Sequence record: NC_061441.1
Reading direction: 5' to 3' (one strand)
Length of the DNA: 64,000 bases
Under the pieces are notes generated by a model. It did no database searches. It saw nothing but the letters and a program-made list of their open reading frames with translations, and had not been told where the DNA came from. A program made the translations under genes and the position numbers. Each line of letters opens with the position of its first letter. The stretch's first letter is position 1. Below are positions 27,748-36,906 of this stretch, piece by piece.

Positions 27748-28257
27748 ATGAAATTCACCGCAATCGCTATCGCACTGGTTATGTCTGCTTCCGCTTCCGC
27801 TGCAAACTATGTGGCACCAGCTCCTGCTGCTGGCATGAAATCTTCTGGTATGACTATCAGCGACAAGCTGGACGATAGCTGCCAGAAGAAACTTAATCAG
27901 GCGATCGACCTGCGTCATTCAGTGATTGACTTCGCTGTATCGAAAGATGCAATCGACACTGTAGCCGCTTGGCCGCTTGTGTGTTCACCGACTGTTGAGT
28001 CTGCGTCGGTTACTGTTGAACGTATCGGCAGTGACATTACGATCACCTACGTCAATAACGACAAGTCGCTGGCGAATCTTAGCCTCGTGTTGCAGCGCGT
28101 AGAATCCACTACAGAAGACGATGCACCAGCGTATCAGATCGTTCAGATTGGTGACCTGAATGCTATGGGCTATCAGGAACAAACTGACGTGAAAGACTGG
28201 CTGCTTGATTGTTATGCGGCTACTGTGCAGGACGACATGGCTGTAGTGAGGAACTGA
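27748..28257 (+). CDS. Putative secreted/periplasmic protein
   Basis: Sec-type signal peptide MKFTAIAIALVMSASASA; one Cys pair. Confidence 0.8.
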   Translation: MKFTAIAIALVMSASASAANYVAPAPAAGMKSSGMTISDKLDDSCQKKLNQAIDLRHSVIDFAVSKDAIDTVAAWPLVCSPTVESASVTVERIGSDITITYVNNDKSLANLSLVLQRVESTTEDDAPAYQIVQIGDLNAMGYQEQTDVKDWLLDCYAATVQDDMAVVRN

Positions 28258-28562
28258 TGAAAGGAAAGAAGTTAGACGTATTTTTGCAGCAACGCACGGC
28301 AATGAACAAAATCGCGTCCAGCCCGCAAGACTGGGAGACGTACAAAGATATGCTGTTGAACATACGGCTTGCCGTTGCTGTTGACCCTCGACCTGATGCT
28401 GCTGTACGCCACTTAGCGCGTACATGGCACGCCGAAAAGAAATATGCGCTCCCTGTCTGTCAGGCTACGCTTCTGAAACTGATGACGTTGAAGAAAGCAA
28501 ACCAAACGCTTGAAGAAATGATCGCGCTTTACATTGACCTTGAGGAAGGACCGAAGAAATGA
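28257..28562 (+). CDS. Hypothetical protein
   Basis: GAGGA SD; coupled. Confidence 0.7.
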   Translation: MKGKKLDVFLQQRTAMNKIASSPQDWETYKDMLLNIRLAVAVDPRPDAAVRHLARTWHAEKKYALPVCQATLLKLMTLKKANQTLEEMIALYIDLEEGPKK

Positions 28563-29752
28563 CCGAAGCTGAAATGAACATCGACCACATTCGCAACGCC
28601 ACGAAATCTATCTTCACTTCTGGCACCGTTCAGCAACGTGACGCTCTGCGTTCAATCGCTAACACTGTACTTGCACCTAACGCCATGTTTGCGTGTGAAG
28701 TCGAGGCGCCTGATGTTGAAACCGCGTATCGTCTGCTGGAAGAAATCAAATTCACTGGCGACGGCACTAACATGCTTCCGGCCGATGAAGTGTATGCGCT
28801 CGATTCCATTCTGAGTAAGAAGTGGAAGAAAGACTTCTTTGAAGCAGTGTGCAATATCGCACTGACTATGTACAGCACCGACCCGGCTACTTCGGGTAAA
28901 GGCTTTTGGCCACGCAATCACGGCGAGTTCAATCAGTTGATCACTCGTGCTTTCGTCTGGGTCTTGGCTCAAGAAGGTCTGAAAAACGTATTGAAAGATC
29001 CGACTGTCGTTAGCCATACGCGTCTTGCTCAATTCATGATCGCAACTCAACTCGTAGGTAAAGACGAAGCGAACCTGCGTCACTTCACAACGTATCGTCC
29101 TTACCAGGACACTGGCGGCGTGAACTGCGACAACATTCTGCCTGAGTCTTATCTCGAACAGATTCGCGCAGAACGCCGTGCAGGCCAGCCTCCAGAATAT
29201 GAAGCGGCCAAGAGCATGTCGTTCTCTGACCTGGCCGATCTGTGTGAGCGCCTGAACGTCATTGGTCCAGGTTCTACCAAACCAGTAACCTGTAATTGCC
29301 CTGTCGGTGAACTTTGCGAATGCGAAGAAGACGAATACCAGACGCGTGATGATTTTGACGAAGACCCGGAGGAGTTGCTGGAAGAGTTCTATCGTAAATT
29401 CGGCTTCCCTCACGATGAAGATGAAGACGAGCCCGAAGAAGAAATCTGGCGTGAAGGTATCTCGCTCATGGAAGTTGAGGTCGACCTGCCTACTGTGCGT
29501 CTGACTCTTCCAGAAGCCGGAGTCCGCAGAGACTCACGCATGAAAAAGCCGATGCAGAAATCTCGCCGTAACAAGATTCTGCTTACGGCTGAACAACAAA
29601 TCTGGCACAAGGTTGACACTGACCCTGTGTCCGCAGATCGTCGCTTCGCTATCAGCCTCGTATCTCGTCATACGTGCGGTGTTAGTCGCCCTGTCGCCAC
29701 GCAGCGTGAAGCACTGGCAATCGCCGCTGCTTTAGCTGAACTCTGCAAGTAA
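28559..29752 (+). CDS. Hypothetical protein with acidic linker
   Basis: 397-aa ORF; ends AELCK* inside cassette 6. Confidence 0.85.
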   Translation: MTEAEMNIDHIRNATKSIFTSGTVQQRDALRSIANTVLAPNAMFACEVEAPDVETAYRLLEEIKFTGDGTNMLPADEVYALDSILSKKWKKDFFEAVCNIALTMYSTDPATSGKGFWPRNHGEFNQLITRAFVWVLAQEGLKNVLKDPTVVSHTRLAQFMIATQLVGKDEANLRHFTTYRPYQDTGGVNCDNILPESYLEQIRAERRAGQPPEYEAAKSMSFSDLADLCERLNVIGPGSTKPVTCNCPVGELCECEEDEYQTRDDFDEDPEELLEEFYRKFGFPHDEDEDEPEEEIWREGISLMEVEVDLPTVRLTLPEAGVRRDSRMKKPMQKSRRNKILLTAEQQIWHKVDTDPVSADRRFAISLVSRHTCGVSRPVATQREALAIAAALAELCK

Positions 29753-29797
29753 CTGGTCAGAATAGCGCTTCTTCGTGGGGCGCTTCTATGATATAAT
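29738..29797 (+). promoter_or_regulatory. Promoter cassette copy 6
   Basis: GAACTCTGCAAGTAACTGGTCAGAATAG; TG-A-TATAAT at 29789-29797. Confidence 0.85.
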
Positions 29798-29863
29798 CAT
29801 AGATAGAGCAATATCGCTCTCAACGTTTTATCAACCATACGTTTAAACACGGGATTGTCATTT

Positions 29864-30166
29864 ATGTCACGCACTATTTCACGCAAGAAAGCCTTAGAGT
29901 TAATGTCCAAAACTTATAACGCCAAGCACCCTGAATATCTTCCACGCCTGATGGCCGAAGATATGGATTCGAAAGACCTGTTCGAATTCCGTGAAGATGT
30001 TGTTGCCCAGATTCGTGCTGGGAAAGATCCCGTTAAGGTTGTTGATGATATGATCGACAACGCAATTCGTGTGACTCTGGTTCGTCGTCGTTCGAGCAAT
30101 GATTATAATCCGAAGATTGCCGACGTACTGACTGATGAAATTCGTGACCTGCTTCGTAACCTGTAA
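29864..30166 (+). CDS. Hypothetical protein
   Basis: ORF downstream of cassette 6. Confidence 0.75.
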   Translation: MSRTISRKKALELMSKTYNAKHPEYLPRLMAEDMDSKDLFEFREDVVAQIRAGKDPVKVVDDMIDNAIRVTLVRRRSSNDYNPKIADVLTDEIRDLLRNL

Positions 30167-30174
30167 GGAATAAA

Positions 30175-30726
30175 ATGAAAAGCTACGGTTACTTCTACAT
30201 GTTGAACCATATCGCAATGGCCGTAGACGCACCCAACAAGGAAGTTGGGTTTAAATCAATGGTTGAACTGGATATGTTTAATCGCGCGTCTATTTTCACT
30301 CGACCTGATGCAGAGCCTCGTGCCGCGCAACTCGTCAAAGACCTGACTGCTGCTATCTACCCTGTCGGTGACTGTCACCCGACCGTAGAGCAACGCATGA
30401 TGCTGGTGCAAGCGCTGCATGACCAAGAGCTGGAAAAGATTCTTGGTTCGATTCGTTTCTTCGTGCCGTTCGCATACACGAAAGAAGAACTGTGCGACAC
30501 GTTCGGCTTCTTCGACAACGGTGATACGTTGAGCATTCCGTATTTTCTGCGTCACCACTTCATGGACGACCAAGCAGTCTTCTATGACGGCAAGCTGACC
30601 AGCTTCGCGTATTCGTGTACGCACGGCGAAGTGTCGCAGACTGCCCGACAGTATGGCCTGTTCCCTGCATACGCTTACGGTAAGAACGACATACCTGAGC
30701 AATTCAAACATCTGCCTCTATTCTAG
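30175..30726 (+). CDS. Hypothetical protein
   Basis: AAGGA SD. Confidence 0.8.
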   Translation: MKSYGYFYMLNHIAMAVDAPNKEVGFKSMVELDMFNRASIFTRPDAEPRAAQLVKDLTAAIYPVGDCHPTVEQRMMLVQALHDQELEKILGSIRFFVPFAYTKEELCDTFGFFDNGDTLSIPYFLRHHFMDDQAVFYDGKLTSFAYSCTHGEVSQTARQYGLFPAYAYGKNDIPEQFKHLPLF

Positions 30727-30734
30727 GAGACACT

Positions 30735-31199
30735 ATGGGAGTAGTTAAAGGCATAACCGCTACCACGTTCCCTGCACGTGGGCGTGACGAGGGCCAGAAG
30801 ATTGCTCTCAAGACTCGCTGGGGAATCTACCCAGCTGTTATCGTGCGTCAAGACAACGACAATCCGTACAACGAGATTTGGAAGATCGATGCAAAGAATC
30901 TTCCTCGTCGTTACTTTACTGAGGTCGATGACCTGTTCGTGTCTCGCAAGTTCATTGAGAACTATCCGAAGCTCTCGCCTATCTGCGAGAAAAGCGAGTA
31001 CGAAGGCAAGTTCGTTGACGTTGTGTTTGACCATGACGTCCAGAACAAATGTGAAGGGATTGTCGTCACACATCGCAATGCTCTGCTGGTCATTCTGATA
31101 ACGACAGGTCCGCATGAAGGTCGTTATGTCACAGGCAAAGAATGTCAGTACGCCGTGAAGCCGCGCACGGTTAAGGACCTGATCGATGAAAACGAATAA
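30735..31199 (+). CDS. Hypothetical protein
   Basis: AGGAG SD. Confidence 0.8.
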   Translation: MGVVKGITATTFPARGRDEGQKIALKTRWGIYPAVIVRQDNDNPYNEIWKIDAKNLPRRYFTEVDDLFVSRKFIENYPKLSPICEKSEYEGKFVDVVFDHDVQNKCEGIVVTHRNALLVILITTGPHEGRYVTGKECQYAVKPRTVKDLIDENE

Positions 31200-31467
31200 A
31201 GGTAATTTCCTTGAGCGCTTGAAGTCCGGCGAAACTTTTTACATGCACATTAGCGGTAAGAAGAAGGGCCAACCACGTCAAGGTGTTTCGTTAGGCCATG
31301 ACGCTCGATACAAAGACCTGATGATGGCTATAGGTGGTGTGGCATTCACTCACGGGTATAAGAACGTTCAGGTATCATTTAGTCGCAACATCATGGCAGA
31401 CGCTGATGGTGTTGTGGTGTTTCGTGTTAAACAATCAATCACTGTTAAAGAAGAAAGGACGTACTAA
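31186..31467 (+). CDS. Hypothetical protein
   Basis: AAGGA SD. Confidence 0.7.
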   Translation: MKTNKGNFLERLKSGETFYMHISGKKKGQPRQGVSLGHDARYKDLMMAIGGVAFTHGYKNVQVSFSRNIMADADGVVVFRVKQSITVKEERTY

Positions 31468-31994
31468 TGCAATTCTTAATCAAGCCAGAAGATCGTTTCC
31501 CGAATTTCATCCCGCCTAAACGCGCTACAGCAAAAGCTGCGGGCTTCGACCTGTTCGCGCAGGAAGATATGATCATCACGGGCGACACCGTGCTGTTCGA
31601 TCTGGGCTTCCGCACTAAAGTGCCAAAAGACCACGTTGCTATCATCTTCCCACGTAGCGGCCTGGGCGCTAAGTTCCAGGTGCAGTTGGCAAACACGAAC
31701 GGTGTTATCGACGCAGACTACACTGGCATCTGGATGGCTGCTCTGCATCTCGGCGGTAAAGGTACGCAGGTGCAACAACTCGACTGGCTGAGTGCTGCAT
31801 ACGAGCAATCCAGCTTCACCGAAATCCCTGACATTGACGACGACGAAGATCAGAAAGCGTTGTTGATTAAACGCGGTGATGCGTTTGCACAGGTGTTGTT
31901 CTTCCCTGTGCCAGAAGTCGAAGTGGTTATCACGCACGAACCTCTGCCTGAAACAGATCGTGGTGACGGCGGCTTCGGTTCCACAACGAAGTGA
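31467..31994 (+). CDS. dut: Trimeric dUTPase
   Basis: AGFDL, PRSGLG, GVIDADYTG, GDAFAQ, RGDGGFGST (motifs 1-5). Confidence 0.97.
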   Translation: MQFLIKPEDRFPNFIPPKRATAKAAGFDLFAQEDMIITGDTVLFDLGFRTKVPKDHVAIIFPRSGLGAKFQVQLANTNGVIDADYTGIWMAALHLGGKGTQVQQLDWLSAAYEQSSFTEIPDIDDDEDQKALLIKRGDAFAQVLFFPVPEVEVVITHEPLPETDRGDGGFGSTTK

Positions 31995-32206
31995 TTTACT
32001 TCTGGCTGATCTTCGCAGCGTACTACGTTGTCGGCATTGCCGTGTTTGTCCGTGACCTAAAAGAAACGTCCGACGATGTGATGCTGATGCGCCAGTTCAA
32101 TGAAGAACTGAATCACATGACCAATCTTGAACTAGTTTGGGATGCGATAAAACTTTTGCTATTCGTGGTGTTCATCCACATTCCTTGTTGGATTCTCCGC
32201 GTATAG
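31991..32206 (+). CDS. Small two-TM membrane protein
   Basis: YFWLIFAAYYVVGIAVFV and LLLFVVFIHIPCWIL. Confidence 0.65.
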   Translation: MIYFWLIFAAYYVVGIAVFVRDLKETSDDVMLMRQFNEELNHMTNLELVWDAIKLLLFVVFIHIPCWILRV

Positions 32207-32264
32207 TGACGTTACTCACACGAGGAGCCTTACGTGGGCTCCTCATTATCGTAATATAAATGCT

Positions 32265-32579
32265 ATGGGAAAGAAAACTTATCTGCTGCCTCGCGAGCGC
32301 CCTAGCCCTCTGCCGAACTTACGTGCCTATCTCGCGTATCTCGCCCGGAAGCCTAACGCTAACCGCGAAGTATTAGAAACGTATTGCAATCAGAGTCTGG
32401 CCCAAATGCGCCGTGAGCGGTTCTTTGTTGGTAAGCTCTTTGCCTATAAAGTGTATACGAAGTCGAACAAGCTCGCATACACGGTCGTATGGATTGACCC
32501 ATACAACTATGACTGCCTTGTTCTGAATCACCAAAGGAGATGCGTAGAGTTTAAAAATTTATACGGCCTGCTTTTATAG
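32265..32579 (+). CDS. Hypothetical protein
   Basis: ORF after a GAGGAGCC/GGCTCCTC hairpin. Confidence 0.6.
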   Translation: MGKKTYLLPRERPSPLPNLRAYLAYLARKPNANREVLETYCNQSLAQMRRERFFVGKLFAYKVYTKSNKLAYTVVWIDPYNYDCLVLNHQRRCVEFKNLYGLLL

Positions 32580-32616
32580 TTAGGTCCTAGCGCCTTCACA
32601 CTAGGAGATTCTTCCA

Positions 32617-33297
32617 ATGATAACTGTTCTTAACAATCGTACCGACGAGGTAATGAAACGCCTAAACGTAGCAGTATGGGTTTGTGTTGCTTTCGCATTT
32701 GCTGTTTTAATCGCAGTGTTGAATACGCCCGCTAACGCCAGCATGTCTACAGGCCCTGACAACGCCATTGATATGTCTTCAACCGTGTCACTCGATCCCT
32801 CCAATCGTGTGGCGACTAAATACAAGGAGATCGAAAAGGCAGTAGCAGTAAAAGACGAACGAAGGCCAAAACGCTATGTAACACGCGAGCGCCTCCGACA
32901 ACTCTATGCGCACTTGCCCCATCCAACAGACCTTGGCAAGCAAATTGATTTGGCCGCAGAGAAGTACGGAGTAGACGCAAAACTCGTTCTCTCCATCTGC
33001 GTTTCCGAGTCGCATCTTCGTGCAAAGGTCAGAAACAAGTCTGGCGCAACTGGCTTATGTCAGATTATGCCAGACATGCACGGCCGTTCTGTTAAAGAAC
33101 TTCTGGACTACCGAGTCAATGTTGATCAGGCAGCCCAAATCGTAGCGCTACTAAACAAGCAGTGTAAGGGGCGACGCGCTTGCGTCATTCAGGCTTACAA
33201 CACTGGTTGGGGAGCATATTTAAAAGGTGTACGTTCACCACAATACTTAGCTAAAGTTCAGACCGAGTATCGCCGCAAGCATACTCCTTCTTCCTAA
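32617..33297 (+). CDS. SLT-family lytic transglycosylase with N-terminal signal/anchor
   Basis: Catalytic VSES, GATGLCQIMP, NVDQAA, AYNTG motifs; hydrophobic N-terminal segment. Confidence 0.9.
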   Translation: MITVLNNRTDEVMKRLNVAVWVCVAFAFAVLIAVLNTPANASMSTGPDNAIDMSSTVSLDPSNRVATKYKEIEKAVAVKDERRPKRYVTRERLRQLYAHLPHPTDLGKQIDLAAEKYGVDAKLVLSICVSESHLRAKVRNKSGATGLCQIMPDMHGRSVKELLDYRVNVDQAAQIVALLNKQCKGRRACVIQAYNTGWGAYLKGVRSPQYLAKVQTEYRRKHTPSS

Positions 33298-33309
33298 GAG
33301 GATATAATA

Positions 33310-33960
33310 ATGAGCATCAATATCGCCGCGCTGTACAAAATGCAATTCCAGTTGTTGAAGCCGCTGTCTCCACGTCAAGAGTTTGCTCTCGTTGTGCTGC
33401 TCTCCGATGACCTGCGTGACGGTGATGTTAAAGCACTGGCAGAAGTAATCATCCGCGACTACCCGCATGTAGGCCGTCTGTATGACGCGTTCGCTGCGGC
33501 TAATCAGTTTGAGAATGCGGTACCGTTCATCGTACCTGTGCTGAACTCCGAAGAAGTGACAGAAGAAATCTTCTGCATTCGTGACCACGCGCTTGTCGTT
33601 GCACCTGAACTGCGTGACCTTCTGAGTCAGGCTCTGGACCGTGTCGAACAGATGCGTGAAAGTCCTGATGAACTGCGTTTCTGCGAAGGCGCCAAGCCAC
33701 TTCAACTTGGCTGGTTCATTGATTGTATGCTCGACGCATATAACTGCGGTGTGTTGCCTATGATCGTGCGACCTACGAAAGACCAGCAAGCGATGCGTGA
33801 TGACCGTCTGCTGTCTTTTGAAATGCTGCGTGATAGCAACATGTTCTCTGGAAGTCTTGACTTTACTAAGGCGCTACAGCCGAGCGAACGTGCTCGTGTT
33901 ATCGCCCAGCAGTTGTTAGCACGTCTGCGCCATAACTCGCTGCGTGTGGTGACACAATAA
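33310..33960 (+). CDS. Hypothetical protein
   Basis: GAGGA SD. Confidence 0.8.
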   Translation: MSINIAALYKMQFQLLKPLSPRQEFALVVLLSDDLRDGDVKALAEVIIRDYPHVGRLYDAFAAANQFENAVPFIVPVLNSEEVTEEIFCIRDHALVVAPELRDLLSQALDRVEQMRESPDELRFCEGAKPLQLGWFIDCMLDAYNCGVLPMIVRPTKDQQAMRDDRLLSFEMLRDSNMFSGSLDFTKALQPSERARVIAQQLLARLRHNSLRVVTQ

Positions 33961-33966
33961 AACCCA

Positions 33967-33999
33967 ACGGGAGACCTTAACTGGTTTCCCGTTTTTCAT
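33967..33999 (+). terminator. Intrinsic terminator
   Basis: ACGGGAGACC/GGTTTCCCGT followed by TTTTCATTT. Confidence 0.85.
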
Positions 34000-34028
34000 T
34001 TCTGCGCAAATTTTTAAGGACTACCACA

Positions 34029-34970
34029 ATGACTAAAATGATCAACATGCCGTTCGCCACATCTTCAATTCGTAGCTCTTTCTTCTCGGCCAAAGTTCGA
34101 GAACTCGATCTCCAGAACGTCTGGAGTCACGTTGTATCAAACAACAATCCACAATGGCACGGCGACCCGTTGCTGCACCACATGCACTATCATTCTACCG
34201 AGCACATGAAGCAAGTAACTGCTCTCGCTCTGTGGCTGCTGAACGAAGAAGCTGAACAGCCGTGGCAGTATGACTTGGGTGCGCTGCCGCTGGCTGTCGC
34301 GTGTATGTTCCACGATATGCACCACTCTCTTGGCCGCTTGAGCGATGCAGTCAACGTGCGTAATGCACAAGACGCTTTCAAACAGTATGTGGCTGTGTGT
34401 GAAGACCAACGCATTATCGACCAGCAGGAAATCATTCTCGAACTGATAGGAGTTACGGAATTCCCGTACATGAAGAATCGTCAGCCGAAGAATCTGGTTG
34501 AGCGTTGCATTCGTGATGCGGATATTCTCTACGGTATGCAGGACGATGCGCTGGACGTTGTGATGTTCGCACTACGCCGTGAGGTGAATCGTGCTGTGAA
34601 CAAGCCAACACACTTCACGTCAGAACAATGGGCAGCAGGTCGTGTTGACTTCCTCATGTCTGTTGAGATGTATACGCCTACAGCAAACGCGATCATGGAC
34701 TGGCTGTTGGCCCAAGACAACGATCACAATCATCAGTCTAAGATTGATAGCTGGATGCGGGACAACATTATCTTCCGCGATACGTCAGCACACAAGCTCC
34801 AGGCCAATGACGTGTTGTTCATCGACACTGAGGCAGATAGTGCGCCGAAGCGCCGACTGATTGAGCGTGTTGAGTCAGTACACCCTTACATCAACTTCTA
34901 TTTCCACGACGGCGAAGCTATCTCGCTGCGTGACGGCGAGAGCTGTGTCGTTTGCGAAAGACGCAAATAA
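34029..34970 (+). CDS. HD-domain phosphohydrolase
   Basis: HYHSTEH...ACMFHDMHH...IRDADIL. Confidence 0.85.
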   Translation: MTKMINMPFATSSIRSSFFSAKVRELDLQNVWSHVVSNNNPQWHGDPLLHHMHYHSTEHMKQVTALALWLLNEEAEQPWQYDLGALPLAVACMFHDMHHSLGRLSDAVNVRNAQDAFKQYVAVCEDQRIIDQQEIILELIGVTEFPYMKNRQPKNLVERCIRDADILYGMQDDALDVVMFALRREVNRAVNKPTHFTSEQWAAGRVDFLMSVEMYTPTANAIMDWLLAQDNDHNHQSKIDSWMRDNIIFRDTSAHKLQANDVLFIDTEADSAPKRRLIERVESVHPYINFYFHDGEAISLRDGESCVVCERRK

Positions 34971-35014
34971 TAGGCTGAAATAGACGTATACGAACCACGT
35001 GCCTGTGATATAAT
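34963..35014 (+). promoter_or_regulatory. Promoter cassette copy 7
   Basis: GCAAATAATAGGCTGAAATAG; TG-A-TATAAT at 35006-35014. Confidence 0.85.
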
Positions 35015-35046
35015 ACGCATAGGCACACATAATAGAGAGAACTCGA

Positions 35047-35751
35047 ATGAAATACTTGAAGCGCATTCATCCAGGTGTGGACGCAAGTCTGTTTGCGATT
35101 AACGGAATCGTAATACCGCTGGCTTTCTTCTACATGGGCGTCACCGTTCACGATCAGGAGCGCGGCGACAAAGAAATAAAAATCGGTGTGCGTATGAATC
35201 CACACGTACATACTGAGGCGCAATTACCTGGTGTGGATTACAGAACGTTTATTCCAGTGTTAGCCTGTGACCCATCTGATGATGAAGGCTTCCATACAGA
35301 GCTAGGTTACATTGACATTAAAAGTCGCTGTGTTGCCTTGCATCACCAGAAGCGAACGTATCTTGCGTATCTCGGTTCGTTGCCGGATGTTGCTGAGTCC
35401 GATATGCGTGACAAACGTTATGTATGTCCGATCGATATACGCCAAGTGCCATCACCAGTAACCATGCCTCAACGTTTCCGCAACGTGCCACGCTATGGAG
35501 CAACGATTCGAACTGACTACCTACGTACTTCTGCACTCGATCAGATTGACGATGAAACGTGGGAAGCGCTACTCACCATTGACCACGCTAAAGGCACCAC
35601 GTGGTCGCAGTTCTTAGACGCCGCAACGTCAGGGCGCTTCACGCCGCATGATGATCTGTCAGATTGTCTGGAAAGTATCGACCAAGAATACATGCCTGAG
35701 CATATCTTCAAGCGTATTCGTATTGCTCAATTCGAGAAAAGAAGGAACTGA
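35047..35751 (+). CDS. Hypothetical protein
   Basis: GAGAG SD. Confidence 0.8.
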   Translation: MKYLKRIHPGVDASLFAINGIVIPLAFFYMGVTVHDQERGDKEIKIGVRMNPHVHTEAQLPGVDYRTFIPVLACDPSDDEGFHTELGYIDIKSRCVALHHQKRTYLAYLGSLPDVAESDMRDKRYVCPIDIRQVPSPVTMPQRFRNVPRYGATIRTDYLRTSALDQIDDETWEALLTIDHAKGTTWSQFLDAATSGRFTPHDDLSDCLESIDQEYMPEHIFKRIRIAQFEKRRN

Positions 35752-35753
35752 TC

Positions 35754-35984
35754 ATGATGCACGATTTGTATAAGGTGAGTGCTATCCTGTTCTACACGCT
35801 AGGCGCTATGGCTTTCCTTGCACATATCGTAGGCTTCATGAAGAACTGGATGAAAATTCAGGAGATGCGCCAGAAGGCAAAAGCGAAAGCCGCTAAGGTG
35901 CGCTCTCCACTGCAAGACATTAAACGCCGTCTGCGTAAAGCAGAAGAACGCGCACGGCATCGCCCACGTAAACTGAGAGATTGA
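35754..35984 (+). CDS. Small membrane-anchored basic protein
   Basis: One TM helix followed by a Lys/Arg-rich tail. Confidence 0.65.
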   Translation: MMHDLYKVSAILFYTLGAMAFLAHIVGFMKNWMKIQEMRQKAKAKAAKVRSPLQDIKRRLRKAEERARHRPRKLRD

Positions 35985-35986
35985 TT

Positions 35987-36295
35987 ATGCCTACTATTAA
36001 CCGCAACGATGATCTGGAAAAGAAAGTACAACGCGCCCTTGAAATCTGCTGGAATGAAACGGCAAAGAACAACGAAGGTCCAACTACCTACGCGTTCCTT
36101 GCTTCTTCGTTTGCTGCCGATGGAAAGAATTTGTTCGAAGGCGAGTTGAAGATGATCAACGTGATGCTGCGTGATGCAGTGAACATCAACATGTACGGTC
36201 GCCACGTTGCTACTGTGTACACAAGCAATAAAGGCTTCATGGTAGCATTCCAGCCTGTTGCTGACCTCGAAGATATTGTTGAACTGGAGTTATGA
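35987..36295 (+). CDS. Hypothetical protein
   Basis: GAGAG SD. Confidence 0.75.
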   Translation: MPTINRNDDLEKKVQRALEICWNETAKNNEGPTTYAFLASSFAADGKNLFEGELKMINVMLRDAVNINMYGRHVATVYTSNKGFMVAFQPVADLEDIVELEL

Positions 36296-36870
36296 TGGAA
36301 CAGATTGATATGTTCGATACGCAGGGTGCGCATGAAATTTCTGAGTACGCAGAACTTGATCAAGACCGTTTGCATCCATCTGTGGTTACACGCAATGATC
36401 GCCGTGTGTTTGCTGCGTTTGGCGATCCTGTACTCAGTGAAGAATATCTCACTAAGTGGCCTAGTATGCGGCCAGGCAAATTGAAGTTTCGCAAGAAGCT
36501 GGTTATGGTCCAGGAGTTTGTGCTCGTCACGCACGACAAGCTCAAGGCGAGCCTGCTCAAGAAACAGGGCAACGTTCGACAGACAGGTAATATCGACCCG
36601 CAGTACCTGATCAATGTGTACAATCACACCGAGAAGGTAGCGTTGTTCATGCGTGACTTTGAAGACTTCATGGAACACTTCATGAATGCCGTTCACCTGT
36701 TTACGGTCGCAACTGTGTATGACGGTCGTCTGTTAATCTTTGCGGAGAACGGCGCTCCTGTTATTACCTCAGAAGAAACGTTGGCGATGCTCACCGAAAT
36801 CGAGCACTTCATCAACCGTAGTAAAGTGTATCGCGTACATTCACAAAACGCCATCTACCGTACAATCTAA
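36292..36870 (+). CDS. Hypothetical protein
   Basis: GGAG SD; ATGA overlap. Confidence 0.8.
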   Translation: MMEQIDMFDTQGAHEISEYAELDQDRLHPSVVTRNDRRVFAAFGDPVLSEEYLTKWPSMRPGKLKFRKKLVMVQEFVLVTHDKLKASLLKKQGNVRQTGNIDPQYLINVYNHTEKVALFMRDFEDFMEHFMNAVHLFTVATVYDGRLLIFAENGAPVITSEETLAMLTEIEHFINRSKVYRVHSQNAIYRTI

Positions 36871-36906
36871 CCTGAGCGCTTACGGGCGCTCTACTGGAGA
36901 AACATT

